Notes: generated by a model not told the origin, from the letters alone. Shown: positions 11,093 through 21,511, counted from the stretch's first letter. The stretch: 64,000 nt of DNA from Candidatus Komeilibacteria bacterium (GCA_048538235.1 JBLYPX010000001.1:679554-743553), one strand, 5' to 3'. A program made the numbers and translations.

Positions 11093-12865
11093 TTATTCTT
11101 CAGACTCTTCTTGTCTAGTTACACGTATAACTTCTTCTACGGTTGTAATACCTAGGATAGCCTTCATGAAACCATCTTGTTTCATATCATAATAACCTTG
11201 CTTAACCAATTCTTCTCTAAAATTATTTTTATCGAAATCTTCTGAAATAATATTTCTCATCTCTTTATTAATGTAAATAACTTCAGATATTACAAATCTA
11301 CCTTTATACCCTGTTTGCCCGCAATGATTACAACCTTCACCTTTATAGAACTTAAGATTATTCAAATCTACTCCCTCATAATGATACTCTGGTTTTATAT
11401 CACCAACGCTTTCCTTAACTAATTTTATTGCATCAGCTGGTACCTGATCTTCAATTTTACACTTTGGACATATTTTTCTAATAAGTCTTTGTGCGATAAC
11501 AAGATTTAAAGTTGAACCTAATAAAAATGACTCTACGCCCATATCTAAAAATCTAGGCACAGCACCTTCAGCATCGTTAGTATGAAGAGTAGAAAGAACA
11601 AAGTGACCTGTTAAAGCAGCGTGAATAGCAAGCTCTGCTGTTTCACCGTCACGAATCTCACCAACCATGACTATGTCTGGATCTTGTCTAAGCAATGACC
11701 TTAAACCAGATGCAAACTTATATCCAATATCTGCATGTACCTGCGATTGATTAACTCCAGGAATAAAATACTCAACCGGATCTTCTAGGGTAGAAATATT
11801 AACTTCTTCTTTATTTAAAATATCTAGAGCTGAAAAAAGAGTAGTAGATTTACCAGAACCAGTAGGACCAGTAACCAGGAACATTCCATTTGGTTTTTTA
11901 AGCTCTTTATGTAAAACATCTCTTTGGTGTCCCATAAATCCAAGATCTTCTAAAGATGGGGCTTTATCTGGTGATTCTAAAATACGCATAACCACCTTTT
12001 CTTTACCAACCAACGGCAGCGTAGATACACGAAAATCTACATCTTTATCGTGTATATTTAAACGAATACGTCCATCCTGTGGAATACGAGTTTCATCTAT
12101 TTTTAGATTGGATAAAACTTTAATACGAGTAACAATTGCTGAATGAACATAGGCTGGCAATGTAAGAGATGTGTGTAAAATACCATCAATACGATAACGA
12201 ACCCTTGAATCATCACCATATGGTTCAATGTGTATATCTGAAGCAGCGCCATCAACAGCGTGCCTAATAATAACAGATACCATTTTAGAAACTGGAGCAG
12301 ATTTAATTATTTCATCTAAATCTCCTTCTGCATCCTCAAGTTTAATACCTGTACCTTCTTTTTTCTTTTGAAATTTCTGTTCAGCAGCTCCTAACACCTC
12401 TCCCACTTCTTGGGTTAATGTTTCGTATTTCTTTATTGCCCAATCAAAACTAATTGTAGATATTACATAGTATTTAACTTGCAAATTATTCTTTCTTGCT
12501 AAATACTCAATAGCCTCTAAAGCTTGAAAGTTCGTTGGATCAACCAAACCTACTTGCAATTCATCATCTTTACTACCAAAAACAATCATCTGGTAATTAA
12601 GGGCTAAGTCTTGTGGTAAAAACTTCAAATGAGCATCCTCGATAGGCATGTCCTGTAAATTAACATAAGGCACATTAAGGACCTCACCCTTTACTCTAGC
12701 ATACTCTTCTGGTTCAACTAATTTGTCTTCTAAAATAATTTTCTCAATTGGACTGCTGGTTGATTCTTGCTTAGCCAAAATCTCCTGATACTGCTGAGAA
12801 GTTATCAGGCCACGTTCTATTAACTTATCTAATAGAGGATTATTTCCTTTTATTTTAGCTGCCAT
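11093..12865 (-). CDS. pilB: type IV pilus assembly ATPase (GspE family)
   Basis: 590 aa with an N-terminal GSPII_E-N-like domain. Walker A is VTGPTGSGKSTT; the Asp and His boxes are intact (DPDIVMVGEIRD...TGHFVLSTLHTND). The tetracysteine is CPKC...CNHC. Confidence 0.9.
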   Translation of the reverse strand: MAAKIKGNNPLLDKLIERGLITSQQYQEILAKQESTSSPIEKIILEDKLVEPEEYARVKGEVLNVPYVNLQDMPIEDAHLKFLPQDLALNYQMIVFGSKDDELQVGLVDPTNFQALEAIEYLARKNNLQVKYYVISTISFDWAIKKYETLTQEVGEVLGAAEQKFQKKKEGTGIKLEDAEGDLDEIIKSAPVSKMVSVIIRHAVDGAASDIHIEPYGDDSRVRYRIDGILHTSLTLPAYVHSAIVTRIKVLSNLKIDETRIPQDGRIRLNIHDKDVDFRVSTLPLVGKEKVVMRILESPDKAPSLEDLGFMGHQRDVLHKELKKPNGMFLVTGPTGSGKSTTLFSALDILNKEEVNISTLEDPVEYFIPGVNQSQVHADIGYKFASGLRSLLRQDPDIVMVGEIRDGETAELAIHAALTGHFVLSTLHTNDAEGAVPRFLDMGVESFLLGSTLNLVIAQRLIRKICPKCKIEDQVPADAIKLVKESVGDIKPEYHYEGVDLNNLKFYKGEGCNHCGQTGYKGRFVISEVIYINKEMRNIISEDFDKNNFREELVKQGYYDMKQDGFMKAILGITTVEEVIRVTRQEESEE

Positions 12866-12868
12866 TAT

Positions 12869-13204
12869 TTAAAACCTTTCTGGAATAAATTCTTTAACTT
12901 GGAATGGTTTTTCATTACCAATATCGTCATCTTTAACAACTGGCAAACCTACACCACCCTTCATTCTTTTATATATATCATACTCTGTAAAATTCATATC
13001 TAATGCTTTAATTACATCATCCACTTTTTTTGTTTTACGAACCTGCATAAAACCAGGAGACAATAAATCATTATCCAGTGTTTCATCATATTCTACTACT
13101 GCATTTTGACCTAATAACATATATGCCATTGCACCAAAACAGATGACTAGTATCACTATCATAATGGCATTTTTTTGTTTTGATGGTTTTTTCTTAGCTA
13201 GCAT
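12869..13204 (-). CDS. small membrane-anchored protein (possible PilP-like accessory protein)
   Basis: 111 aa with a single N-terminal TM. It sits between the pilO-like gene and pilB with overlapping or coupled boundaries. Confidence 0.35.
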   Translation of the reverse strand: MLAKKKPSKQKNAIMIVILVICFGAMAYMLLGQNAVVEYDETLDNDLLSPGFMQVRKTKKVDDVIKALDMNFTEYDIYKRMKGGVGLPVVKDDDIGNEKPFQVKEFIPERF

Positions 13205-13883
13205 CGTCTTGATCTAAATAGTAAGTTCTAAAATTAAATGAATATTTTTTAGTAGCTATTTCTTCTCCGTCTTGACCAACATAACTAGGTTCAGATAAAG
13301 CACTAAAGTTAACTGTTACTAAATTAAATAGTCTAACATTATCTTCTATTCTCTTTAGCAAACCTTTAAACTCATTATACCCTCCACCTTCAACAGATAT
13401 CTCAATATCTACTGCCTTAAGTTCTGAAGGTAGTCCGTCCCAATCCATAAAATCTGCTACTTGGAATTCGATTAATTGATCTATATCTGTTTTAACATCA
13501 TTAATAGATATTTGCTCTAGAATAAATCCACTTTCAGAAACAAGTCTTTCAATTTCCACAAACAAAGATTGTACATTAGCTTTATCTGGTAATATATTAT
13601 TTATCTTTTCTAATTCTCTGGAATTCTCCGCACTAGTAATATATGAATACTTTTCCTCAAGTGTTTTTAATTTACTTAAGTATAATTTTTTGTCATCTCT
13701 TTCCTGTCTCAATTCTGGCACCCTATTATTATTTTGATGTTGTATGTCGCTAAACTTTGGCCACAACACAAGCCAGACTCCCAAAACAAATACAATAACA
13801 ACAAAACCAATACTAATATATTTATAATATGTATTAAGGGTATAATTTAATTTACTTATTTCTTTTTCTTCTTTCTCTATCAT
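13194..13883 (-). CDS. PilO-like bitopic pilus alignment protein
   Basis: 229 aa with a single TM near the N-terminus and a coiled-coil-rich region. It sits after the pilM and pilN-like genes. Confidence 0.5.
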   Translation of the reverse strand: MIEKEEKEISKLNYTLNTYYKYISIGFVVIVFVLGVWLVLWPKFSDIQHQNNNRVPELRQERDDKKLYLSKLKTLEEKYSYITSAENSRELEKINNILPDKANVQSLFVEIERLVSESGFILEQISINDVKTDIDQLIEFQVADFMDWDGLPSELKAVDIEISVEGGGYNEFKGLLKRIEDNVRLFNLVTVNFSALSEPSYVGQDGEEIATKKYSFNFRTYYLDQDDAS

Positions 13884-13884
13884 A

Positions 13885-14742
13885 TTATTTCTTTTCTACA
13901 AAGTTTTGATCATAAAATACATCCCTGTATAAATTAACCAGGGCATTATAGCTAATACCAATACCTTCATCGAGTGATGCTTCAGCCACACTAAAACCAC
14001 CAAATATTTCTGGGAATCTCTCATAAGCAATTAATTGCTCAGCTACGGTTGTAAAACTTTTAGCATAGGATGCTAAATTAATATCTGAGTTAACTAATGA
14101 AGCGGTAAATCCACTGTAATATACTTCTGGTAAGGTGGTCTTTTCTAAAACATCAAAAAAGTTTGTCCAATATACATGACTTCTTAATAGACTATCTACT
14201 GCAGATAGTTTCAACTGCCAGCTCTCAGCATCATTTAAATCACCACTATACTTTGCTATTTCTTTATCTAACTCTTCAATCTCAACTTCTAATGCTAAAC
14301 CTTCTTCCGTAACTTTTAATCCGTAAAAAGAAATAACTGTAAATATACCAACTAAAATTATAATAGTAACAATCAACCAAACAGACATCATAGAAATTAA
14401 TTTGTTGGTTGAACGAAATCTAAAGGTTGCTGGTAATAAATTAACATCAAAACCTTTTCTAACTTTTTCTGAACCACCCTCTTCCAATTTCTTTTTAAGT
14501 ATTGGTTCTTTTTTAAGTTTTTCTTTCTTTACTTTAACCTCTTGAATAATTGGTTCTTTAATATCTTCTTTTGGCAAATCTGCCATCTGTTCTTTTGCAA
14601 CAGCTAACAAGTCTATTGATTCACCATCTTTTTTACCGTTAACAGGGTGTAATAAACTACGTAAAAAACTACCTTGCTTTTTTACTTTAGGTTTTTTTTC
14701 TTCCCTCTTTTCTTCTTTTTTATTTTGTAGAAAATCTACCAT
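13885..14742 (-). CDS. PilN-like bitopic protein with extended Lys-rich N-terminal region
   Basis: 285 aa. It has a single TM (LISMMSVWLIVTIIILVGIF) followed by a coiled coil. The start is 2 nt after the pilM stop. Confidence 0.5.
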   Translation of the reverse strand: MVDFLQNKKEEKREEKKPKVKKQGSFLRSLLHPVNGKKDGESIDLLAVAKEQMADLPKEDIKEPIIQEVKVKKEKLKKEPILKKKLEEGGSEKVRKGFDVNLLPATFRFRSTNKLISMMSVWLIVTIIILVGIFTVISFYGLKVTEEGLALEVEIEELDKEIAKYSGDLNDAESWQLKLSAVDSLLRSHVYWTNFFDVLEKTTLPEVYYSGFTASLVNSDINLASYAKSFTTVAEQLIAYERFPEIFGGFSVAEASLDEGIGISYNALVNLYRDVFYDQNFVEKK

Positions 14743-14744
14743 AA

Positions 14745-15881
14745 TTACATATCTCGCATAGCCAAGCCAACAGCTACGGCCATACGATTACCTATTTTAT
14801 CTAACATTGGTTTTAAGTCTGGAGAATACTCTAATTTATCCCATGGATTACCAATATATACTGGTACATTAAATAGACTTAAGAAATAATCTGGCAAGTT
14901 TGGTAAAAAGGCTGAACCACCAGATAAAAGTATTTTAGAAACTCCTTGTGAGGATTGTCCTCTATACATGTCAAAAACATAACGAACCTCATTAATAATT
15001 GGTCCAAGCGATGCTTCAATAGTTTTTGGTATTCCCTTCTTTGTTTCCCCTAAAACAAGACCAAAATCTCTCTTGAATTGTTCTGCCCTATCTTCACTAA
15101 TATTTAAACTTGCGGCAATTGCTTTTGTAACAGTTAAACCACCAACGTCTATGCTTCTATTAAGAACTGGCAAGCCGTTATCTACAATAGAAATATCTGT
15201 TGTTATAGAACCAATATCTACAATCATGGTTAGCTCTTTATCTTTACCAAGCAGAGCTCTAGACATTGCAAAAGCTTCTGTTTCTAAAGACAAAAGATTA
15301 AGACCTGCTCCTTTAAACACTTCTAAATATTTATTAACTAAAGCTTTTGGAGCAGCCGTTACCAACACCTTAGTATAATCTTTTTGTTGAGAAATAATCT
15401 TACTAGAACCACCCTCATCACCTAGTTCTGCACCTTCTTTAACTTCTTCTTTTTTCTTAAATAAACCTGAGCCAGTTTTTTCTTTAACAGTATCTTCTCT
15501 ATCTACCAGTTTCCAATCTAGTATCATATCCTCCAGTGGTAATGGTATGTATTTTTTTGCTTCCCATTTAATAGCTTCCGGCATTTCTTTATCTGGAAGC
15601 TTTGGTAGATTAATTAAAAGGGTAAAGACTGCAAAAGTTGGTAAAGCCGCAATAGCTTGTGTTGTAGAAGTGCCAGCTTTTTCCATTAACTTTTTTAACA
15701 CATCTATTAATCTTTGCTTACTCTCCGGAGTATTCTCATGAATAATATCGTTCGCAACATCAACATAACCAAAAGTATCCAGAATGGTTTTTTTTCCATC
15801 ATTTGTAAGTTGGACCAGCTTAATGCTGGCCGTACCAATATCCACTCCTAAATATGAATTCTTTTTAGAAAATAATCCCAT
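14745..15881 (-). CDS. pilM: type IV pilus assembly protein PilM (actin-like ATPase fold)
   Basis: 378 aa. The N-terminus SYLGVDIGTASIKLVQL is the PilM/FtsA-like phosphate-1 motif. Confidence 0.8.
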   Translation of the reverse strand: MGLFSKKNSYLGVDIGTASIKLVQLTNDGKKTILDTFGYVDVANDIIHENTPESKQRLIDVLKKLMEKAGTSTTQAIAALPTFAVFTLLINLPKLPDKEMPEAIKWEAKKYIPLPLEDMILDWKLVDREDTVKEKTGSGLFKKKEEVKEGAELGDEGGSSKIISQQKDYTKVLVTAAPKALVNKYLEVFKGAGLNLLSLETEAFAMSRALLGKDKELTMIVDIGSITTDISIVDNGLPVLNRSIDVGGLTVTKAIAASLNISEDRAEQFKRDFGLVLGETKKGIPKTIEASLGPIINEVRYVFDMYRGQSSQGVSKILLSGGSAFLPNLPDYFLSLFNVPVYIGNPWDKLEYSPDLKPMLDKIGNRMAVAVGLAMRDM

Positions 15882-15898
15882 TTATTTTTGTTATATTT

Positions 15899-17362
15899 TT
15901 ATCTACTCCACTCTGGTAAATAACCAACAAAGTTTCCTAGCCCTGGTGGTGTATTTAACAAAACACGACCATCATATTCAAATATTTCAGATGGTGACAA
16001 ACTACTAAAGTAAGTTCTTTCAAGAATAATTTCTTTAGCAACCACCACACCAGAAAAATCTAACTGAACTTTTGTCTCAACAGCATCTCCATCATCATCA
16101 CCTGTGTAGAATTTACCAGAACCAGCAGTTCCATTACCCAAAACTACAAATGCACCAACAACACTTGAAACACTCTTGTTTATATATACATCCCCTAGAA
16201 CGACCCATGATACAGAAGCTATTTCATTTAAATTATCTGGTACACCAGAACCATAGCCAGTCTTAGCATTAATGTATAGATCTCCATCAATAACTATAGT
16301 GCCAGCACCTGAGCCTGTAATTGCATCATCAAAATCTAAGGAAGAATTAATATTAAAATCTACACTATCTCTAGTTGTGCTAGTGAAATAGTATACATTA
16401 CCAGCCAAGGAATTATTATTTGGTAATTCAGTAATATTATATGTATCTGAATCTACATCATAATATTTATTATTTGCTTTAGATAATGCCTCTAAATAGT
16501 CTACATCTAACTGCACAATAGAAGTGCTATATGACTCACTAGCTGTAGGGAAATCTATATCTATACCACCAATTAAACATGACTTACTACTAGATAAAGT
16601 TATGTCATTATTTGAGCCAGAAATAATACAATAGGTGGCATTATATGCACCTTCTGGGGCTCTAGATCCTGTTACAGTTCCACCGCTATATATATCGCTA
16701 TACTGAGTCTTAATATATGGACCACCACTAAATGTCTCATCAAAATATATCCAACCTAAACCATCATCACCACCAGACCAAGCCCAGCCAGCTAAATAAC
16801 CATGTTCATTCAATCTAACACAATAGTTTGTTTCGTCAGGATCTACTGTATTACATTCCTCAGCTGCCCTAAATCTAATCCAAGCATTATTATTTGGATC
16901 AGTATCATTAAAAGTAGCTACAGCCCAACCCTCTAAATACCTACTCTCTACATCTAATTGAACAGTGTGAGCATAATTATCTCCACCACTTATTGTAGGT
17001 AATGAACCTACGCTGCCAGCACCAATTGTTGGACTAAAATCTATCCAGCCAGCATTAGTTGACCAAGCAAATCCATCCATAACGCCAGTCTCAGGATCAA
17101 GCTCTACAGCATAATCTGAATAACTTTCACTGGCACAATGTCTTGTTAATTGCGCATCATTTTCACCAGCATAAACATTAATACAATTCAAAGACACCCA
17201 ACCAAAAGTATCTGTCCAACCCCAACCAGTTAGCTCGCCATCTGGCAAAACAGCTGGTTCAGCAAAAGCAACTGGCTGCATATACACCATGAATAGAATA
17301 GATATTGTAAGTAGTATAAAAATGAATACTACATAATGATAAATGTTGGTAATAGTTTTCAT
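15899..17362 (-). CDS. secreted Gly/Trp/Asp-rich protein of unknown function at the head of the pilus operon
   Basis: 487 aa with an N-terminal signal-like segment (MKTITNIYHYVVFIFILLTISILFMVYMQPVAFA). It is rich in GW/WS motifs. It sits 17 nt upstream of pilM on the same strand. Confidence 0.6.
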   Translation of the reverse strand: MKTITNIYHYVVFIFILLTISILFMVYMQPVAFAEPAVLPDGELTGWGWTDTFGWVSLNCINVYAGENDAQLTRHCASESYSDYAVELDPETGVMDGFAWSTNAGWIDFSPTIGAGSVGSLPTISGGDNYAHTVQLDVESRYLEGWAVATFNDTDPNNNAWIRFRAAEECNTVDPDETNYCVRLNEHGYLAGWAWSGGDDGLGWIYFDETFSGGPYIKTQYSDIYSGGTVTGSRAPEGAYNATYCIISGSNNDITLSSSKSCLIGGIDIDFPTASESYSTSIVQLDVDYLEALSKANNKYYDVDSDTYNITELPNNNSLAGNVYYFTSTTRDSVDFNINSSLDFDDAITGSGAGTIVIDGDLYINAKTGYGSGVPDNLNEIASVSWVVLGDVYINKSVSSVVGAFVVLGNGTAGSGKFYTGDDDGDAVETKVQLDFSGVVVAKEIILERTYFSSLSPSEIFEYDGRVLLNTPPGLGNFVGYLPEWSR

Positions 17363-19042
17363 TTATTTAATTAAAAAGAGTAATTCTTGTAACTGACTTT
17401 CGTTTATACAAACTTTTCCAATACACAACTCATCGGCTACTATTGTGCCATCAACATTTGCATCCTGATCAAAATCTACATCACCAGCCACTCTTAAATT
17501 ACCATGAATACCAGTATCTCCATCTGCAAACTCAACTTCAAATCTTACTTGTCCGCCTTGTCTACTCAATATTTGAACACCTTTTGTAGCAGCTTCATAC
17601 CCAGTAAGTTGTAAGGCTTCACCAGTTACATACCAAGCGCCAGTGTCAGACTTGAAGTCTTTACCTATTGCCCATTGATCGTTTACAAAACGAATCCTGT
17701 CGCCGCTGCTTATCTGAATATCCCCATCAACTGTCAATTTATCATAGACCTTAACACCATAACTATTATCTCCATTTAAGTACAAATAATTTCCACTCGC
17801 ACCATTTATTTGAGAAATATCATCTGGAGATAAATCCATAGAAATTGTTATTGAGTCATTTGATCCACCAACTACACTAATGTTCGCTCCATCATTGATA
17901 TATAATCTATCTGCGCTACTATCTGCTTGAGGATCATCACCACTATCTACATCAATAAACTTAAATGCTTGCCCGCCAGATCCACCACCAGATGACCACT
18001 CTGTTATACAGCTATCATTTAAACAAATCTCATAATCTGTACCAGCACCACCAATTTGCACCTTTTTTGGATCAGAGGATTCAACTTTTAAAACCTCATA
18101 CTCTTCATATGTTGACGGCGTACCATTATAGCCTGGGTTATTCCAAAAAGTATTAGCTGTTTTAACTATAAACTCTGGATACCTTTCATGGGTTCCAGAA
18201 TATGTATACCAAGGAATCACGTCATTATATACATTATGTGTAGTTACAAAATTACTACCATTGCCAACTAGAATAGTACCTCTTAAATATGCTCCATAGG
18301 CTCCTGCATATGACCTTGTATGAAGTGCTACACCACGACTAGTAAAACCTTGGAAAAAACCACCATATGAATAAGCACAGAGATTAGTCTCATCGAATTC
18401 AGCTCCAGTAGAAGTTGTGCAAACGTCTGAAGAGTATGGATCAGAGCTAACATTTTTATCTGTAGTAACGCCCCAAATAGCAGCACTATTTTTTACTTGA
18501 GTAGCACCTGAATCATAACCCGTTAAAGATGAATGATTTAAATCTGCAGCTCTAGCATAAACAGCGAATCCATAAGATCCTTCCAAACCTCCATTAATAT
18601 ATATGCCATTATTACCAGGCATACTAATTGTCTGCCCCTCTTCTAAAGCTATACCACTACTAGCAACAATGATTTTATCAAAATATGTTGTTTCAGAACT
18701 GTATGTTCCCCAACAGTTATCCATATTACCGTAACAAGTTGGACTTATCTGAAATATGTCCTGAGTAGCATAAGTTGCACTTGGATTAACATCTATCTTA
18801 GAACCAACGACAAGGCCGCTACCCGAACTAATTGAGGTATCAAAAGTATCAACACCATCTCCCTGAACCGTCAAAGTATGACCTTCTTGAATTGTTCCAC
18901 CCTCAACAGTAATGGGTTCTGGACGATTACATCCAGGAGGAGCACAACTTGGATCACTCCAGGCAGCCTCCACAGGGCTTAAATTAATAACAAAAAATAA
19001 CAATCCGAAAAATAGAATTGTCATAATTACTTTACTGTTCAT
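17363..19042 (-). CDS. secreted Gly-rich protein of unknown function (first gene of the pilus array)
   Basis: 559 aa with a signal peptide (FFGLLFFVINLSPVEAAW) and conserved Cys pairs. It is directly adjacent (0-nt gap) to the next ORF. Confidence 0.6.
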   Translation of the reverse strand: MNSKVIMTILFFGLLFFVINLSPVEAAWSDPSCAPPGCNRPEPITVEGGTIQEGHTLTVQGDGVDTFDTSISSGSGLVVGSKIDVNPSATYATQDIFQISPTCYGNMDNCWGTYSSETTYFDKIIVASSGIALEEGQTISMPGNNGIYINGGLEGSYGFAVYARAADLNHSSLTGYDSGATQVKNSAAIWGVTTDKNVSSDPYSSDVCTTSTGAEFDETNLCAYSYGGFFQGFTSRGVALHTRSYAGAYGAYLRGTILVGNGSNFVTTHNVYNDVIPWYTYSGTHERYPEFIVKTANTFWNNPGYNGTPSTYEEYEVLKVESSDPKKVQIGGAGTDYEICLNDSCITEWSSGGGSGGQAFKFIDVDSGDDPQADSSADRLYINDGANISVVGGSNDSITISMDLSPDDISQINGASGNYLYLNGDNSYGVKVYDKLTVDGDIQISSGDRIRFVNDQWAIGKDFKSDTGAWYVTGEALQLTGYEAATKGVQILSRQGGQVRFEVEFADGDTGIHGNLRVAGDVDFDQDANVDGTIVADELCIGKVCINESQLQELLFLIK

Positions 19043-19066
19043 AATATTGAAATTAAACTAATTATT

Positions 19067-19095
19067 TTGACCATTTGGTGACTTTATTATACAAT
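19067..19095 (+). promoter_or_regulatory. sigma70-like promoter for the lemA-htpX transcript (divergent from the pilus array)
   Basis: TTGACC, a 17-nt spacer, then TACAAT. On the opposite strand there is an extended -10 (TGTATAAT) at ~19086..19093 for the minus-strand array. Confidence 0.45.
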
Positions 19096-19122
19096 ATATC
19101 TGTTAATCCGTAAACTAAATAT

Positions 19123-19395
19123 ATGAATACATTGAACAATCAAAAAACAACCTTAATAATTATTATTGCTGTTGTAGTAATAATTGCGGTTGCTCTAACC
19201 CTATTAAGCTACCAGCAGGGGTATAAAAGTGGTCTTAACGTAAAACAGGGTATATATGACAACCTAGAGGACAACCAATCCCTAGAGAGCGGAACAGAGA
19301 GTGTGGATGAAAATGGAATGCCTACATACAACTTAGATAGTTACGACAACGCCTTGCTAGAAAAGTATAAACATCTAAATAACGACGAACAATAA
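19123..19395 (+). CDS. small single-TM protein
   Basis: 90 aa with a hydrophobic N-terminus followed by an acidic tail. It precedes lemA. Confidence 0.45.
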   Translation: MNTLNNQKTTLIIIIAVVVIIAVALTLLSYQQGYKSGLNVKQGIYDNLEDNQSLESGTESVDENGMPTYNLDSYDNALLEKYKHLNNDEQ

Positions 19396-19399
19396 AAAT

Positions 19400-19951
19400 A
19401 TGAACACACTTATTTACATTATAATAGCAGTAGTTGTAGTTTTAATATTTTGGCTAATTGCTCTATACAATGGATTAATCAGATTAAAAAACAGAACAGA
19501 TGAAGCTTGGTCAGATATAGACGTACAACTTAAAAGACGTTATGACCTTATTCCAAACCTTATTGAAACTGTTAAAGGTTACGCTCAACATGAGAAAGAA
19601 ACATTAGAGAATGTTATTAAAGCTCGTAACTCTGCCATGAGTGCAGAAGGTAGTAAGAAGGCAGAAGCAGAAAATGCCTTGTCTGAAACATTAAAATCTA
19701 TCTTTGCTCTGTCTGAGAATTATCCTGATCTAAAGGCAAACCAAAACTTTTTACAATTACAAGATGAGTTATCAGATACAGAAAATAAAATACAAGCAGC
19801 CAGAAGGTTCTACAACACAAACGTTAGAGACTTTAATACAAAAATACAAACTTTTCCTAACAATATCATTGCTGGAAAATTAAAATTCACCAGTAAAGAA
19901 TTCTTTCAAGCAGATGATGTTGAGAAAGAAAATATTGCAGTTAAGTTCTAA
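19400..19951 (+). CDS. lemA: LemA family protein
   Basis: 183 aa with N-terminal TM and LemA-like NGLIRLKNRTDEAWSDIDVQLKRRYDLIPNLIETVKGYAQHEKETLENV. Confidence 0.8.
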   Translation: MNTLIYIIIAVVVVLIFWLIALYNGLIRLKNRTDEAWSDIDVQLKRRYDLIPNLIETVKGYAQHEKETLENVIKARNSAMSAEGSKKAEAENALSETLKSIFALSENYPDLKANQNFLQLQDELSDTENKIQAARRFYNTNVRDFNTKIQTFPNNIIAGKLKFTSKEFFQADDVEKENIAVKF

Positions 19952-19953
19952 AA

Positions 19954-20853
19954 ATGTATTCACAAATAGACTCAAATAAACGCAAAACATGGGCTTTAAT
20001 GCTCATTTTTGTGTTAGTTATATCTCTACTCGGCTATGTTTTTAACATGTGGTATGGCGATTCAAGCTACGGTATTTTAATAATAGCTGTAATATTTTCT
20101 TTACTTGGCGCAACCTTTAGCTACTACTCTGGAGATAAAGTAGCACTAGCATCAGCAGGTGCTAAACAAATACAAAAAATGGACAACCCTTATGTATACA
20201 GAATGGTTGAAAATCTTTGTATCACCTCTGGTTTGCCAGCGCCAAAGGTACATATCATACCAGATGATAGTATTAATGCTTTTGCAACCGGTAGAGATCC
20301 AGAGCACGCCTCTATTGCTATTACAACTGGTGCCATAGATAAACTTACTAATGAAGAACTTGAAGGAGTTATTGCTCACGAATTATCTCACATTAAAAAT
20401 TACGATATCAGATTAATGATGATAGTAATTATTTGTATTGGTATTATTACCCTACTGGCTGACTGGATGATTAGAGCTAGACTTTATGGAATAGGGGGTA
20501 AGAAAAGTAATGATAGTAATTCTGGACAACTTGGATCTATCATTTTAATAGTTGGCTTAATACTAGCAATCCTTTCACCAATATTTGCCAGATTAATACA
20601 ATTCGCTGTTTCTAGAAAAAGAGAGTATTTAGCAGATGCATCAGGTGCTATGCTTACTAGATATCCAGAAGGACTAGCAAACGCCCTTGAAAAGATTAAA
20701 CTGCAAAATAAACCATTAAAAAAAGTTAATAAAGCTACAGCTCATCTATATATCTCTAGCCCATTCCTAGGCGCAAAAAGGGGTCTTAGAAAAGCTTTTG
20801 CTACTCATCCAGACATAGACGATAGAATAGCTAAACTACGAAATATGGCTTAA
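19954..20853 (+). CDS. htpX: M48 zinc metalloprotease HtpX
   Basis: 299 aa with an HExxH motif (IAHELSHIKNYD) and four TM segments. Confidence 0.85.
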   Translation: MYSQIDSNKRKTWALMLIFVLVISLLGYVFNMWYGDSSYGILIIAVIFSLLGATFSYYSGDKVALASAGAKQIQKMDNPYVYRMVENLCITSGLPAPKVHIIPDDSINAFATGRDPEHASIAITTGAIDKLTNEELEGVIAHELSHIKNYDIRLMMIVIICIGIITLLADWMIRARLYGIGGKKSNDSNSGQLGSIILIVGLILAILSPIFARLIQFAVSRKREYLADASGAMLTRYPEGLANALEKIKLQNKPLKKVNKATAHLYISSPFLGAKRGLRKAFATHPDIDDRIAKLRNMA

Positions 20854-20895
20854 ATTAGCCATTATTACTATATATACAATAAAATACGGCAAATA

Positions 20896-20924
20896 TTGAC
20901 ATAAATGTGCTTTTCCGCTAGAAT
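20896..20924 (+). promoter_or_regulatory. sigma70 promoter for rpsF-ssb-rpsR
   Basis: TTGACA, a 17-nt spacer, then TAGAAT. It is followed by SD GAGGTAGG before the rpsF ATG at 21020. Confidence 0.55.
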
Positions 20925-21019
20925 AAGTACAGTTAATTTAATACTTAATCAAACCACACCTATTAGAATATTTCTATTAGGTCCTCGGAAATAGTCGATC
21001 TGAGGTAGGATTAATTCAA

Positions 21020-21493
21020 ATGGAACAAAAACATTACGAACTAACCTATATTATCTCAACCGGAGTTCCTGAAACAGAACATCCAGAGATAAAAAAAGCA
21101 GTAGATAAAATATTAGCAAAATTTGATGCTAATGTTACAGATACTCAAGACCTTGGCAAAAAGAAATTTACTTATGCCATTGAAAAAGTCAGACATGGTT
21201 TTTACCAAGTTGTAGAGTTTAATACTTTACCTGACACAATAATTAAGATCAGCGAGGAATTTAAGTTATTACCACAAGTTCTTCGTTTTTTAATTGTTAC
21301 AAAAAAAGAGCTTACTGCTGAAGAAAAAGCTAAAGAACAAGCTAGAAAGACAGCTAATGAAGAAAAGAAAGAAGAAGCTGTTAAAACAGAAACTTCTGAA
21401 GAGAAATCTAAAAAAGAAGTTAAAAAGGTTAGCCTAGAAGATCTAGATGAAAAGCTAGATGAAATCTTTGAAGGCGACACAATTGTTGAATAA
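21020..21493 (+). CDS. rpsF: 30S ribosomal protein S6 with K/E-rich C-terminal extension
   Basis: 157 aa with an N-terminal bS6 fold sequence (YELTYIISTGVPETEHPEIKKAVDK...FYQVVEF). It sits in the conserved rpsF-ssb-rpsR context. Confidence 0.85.
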   Translation: MEQKHYELTYIISTGVPETEHPEIKKAVDKILAKFDANVTDTQDLGKKKFTYAIEKVRHGFYQVVEFNTLPDTIIKISEEFKLLPQVLRFLIVTKKELTAEEKAKEQARKTANEEKKEEAVKTETSEEKSKKEVKKVSLEDLDEKLDEIFEGDTIVE

Positions 21494-21511
21494 TACTTAA
21501 CCAACAAATCT

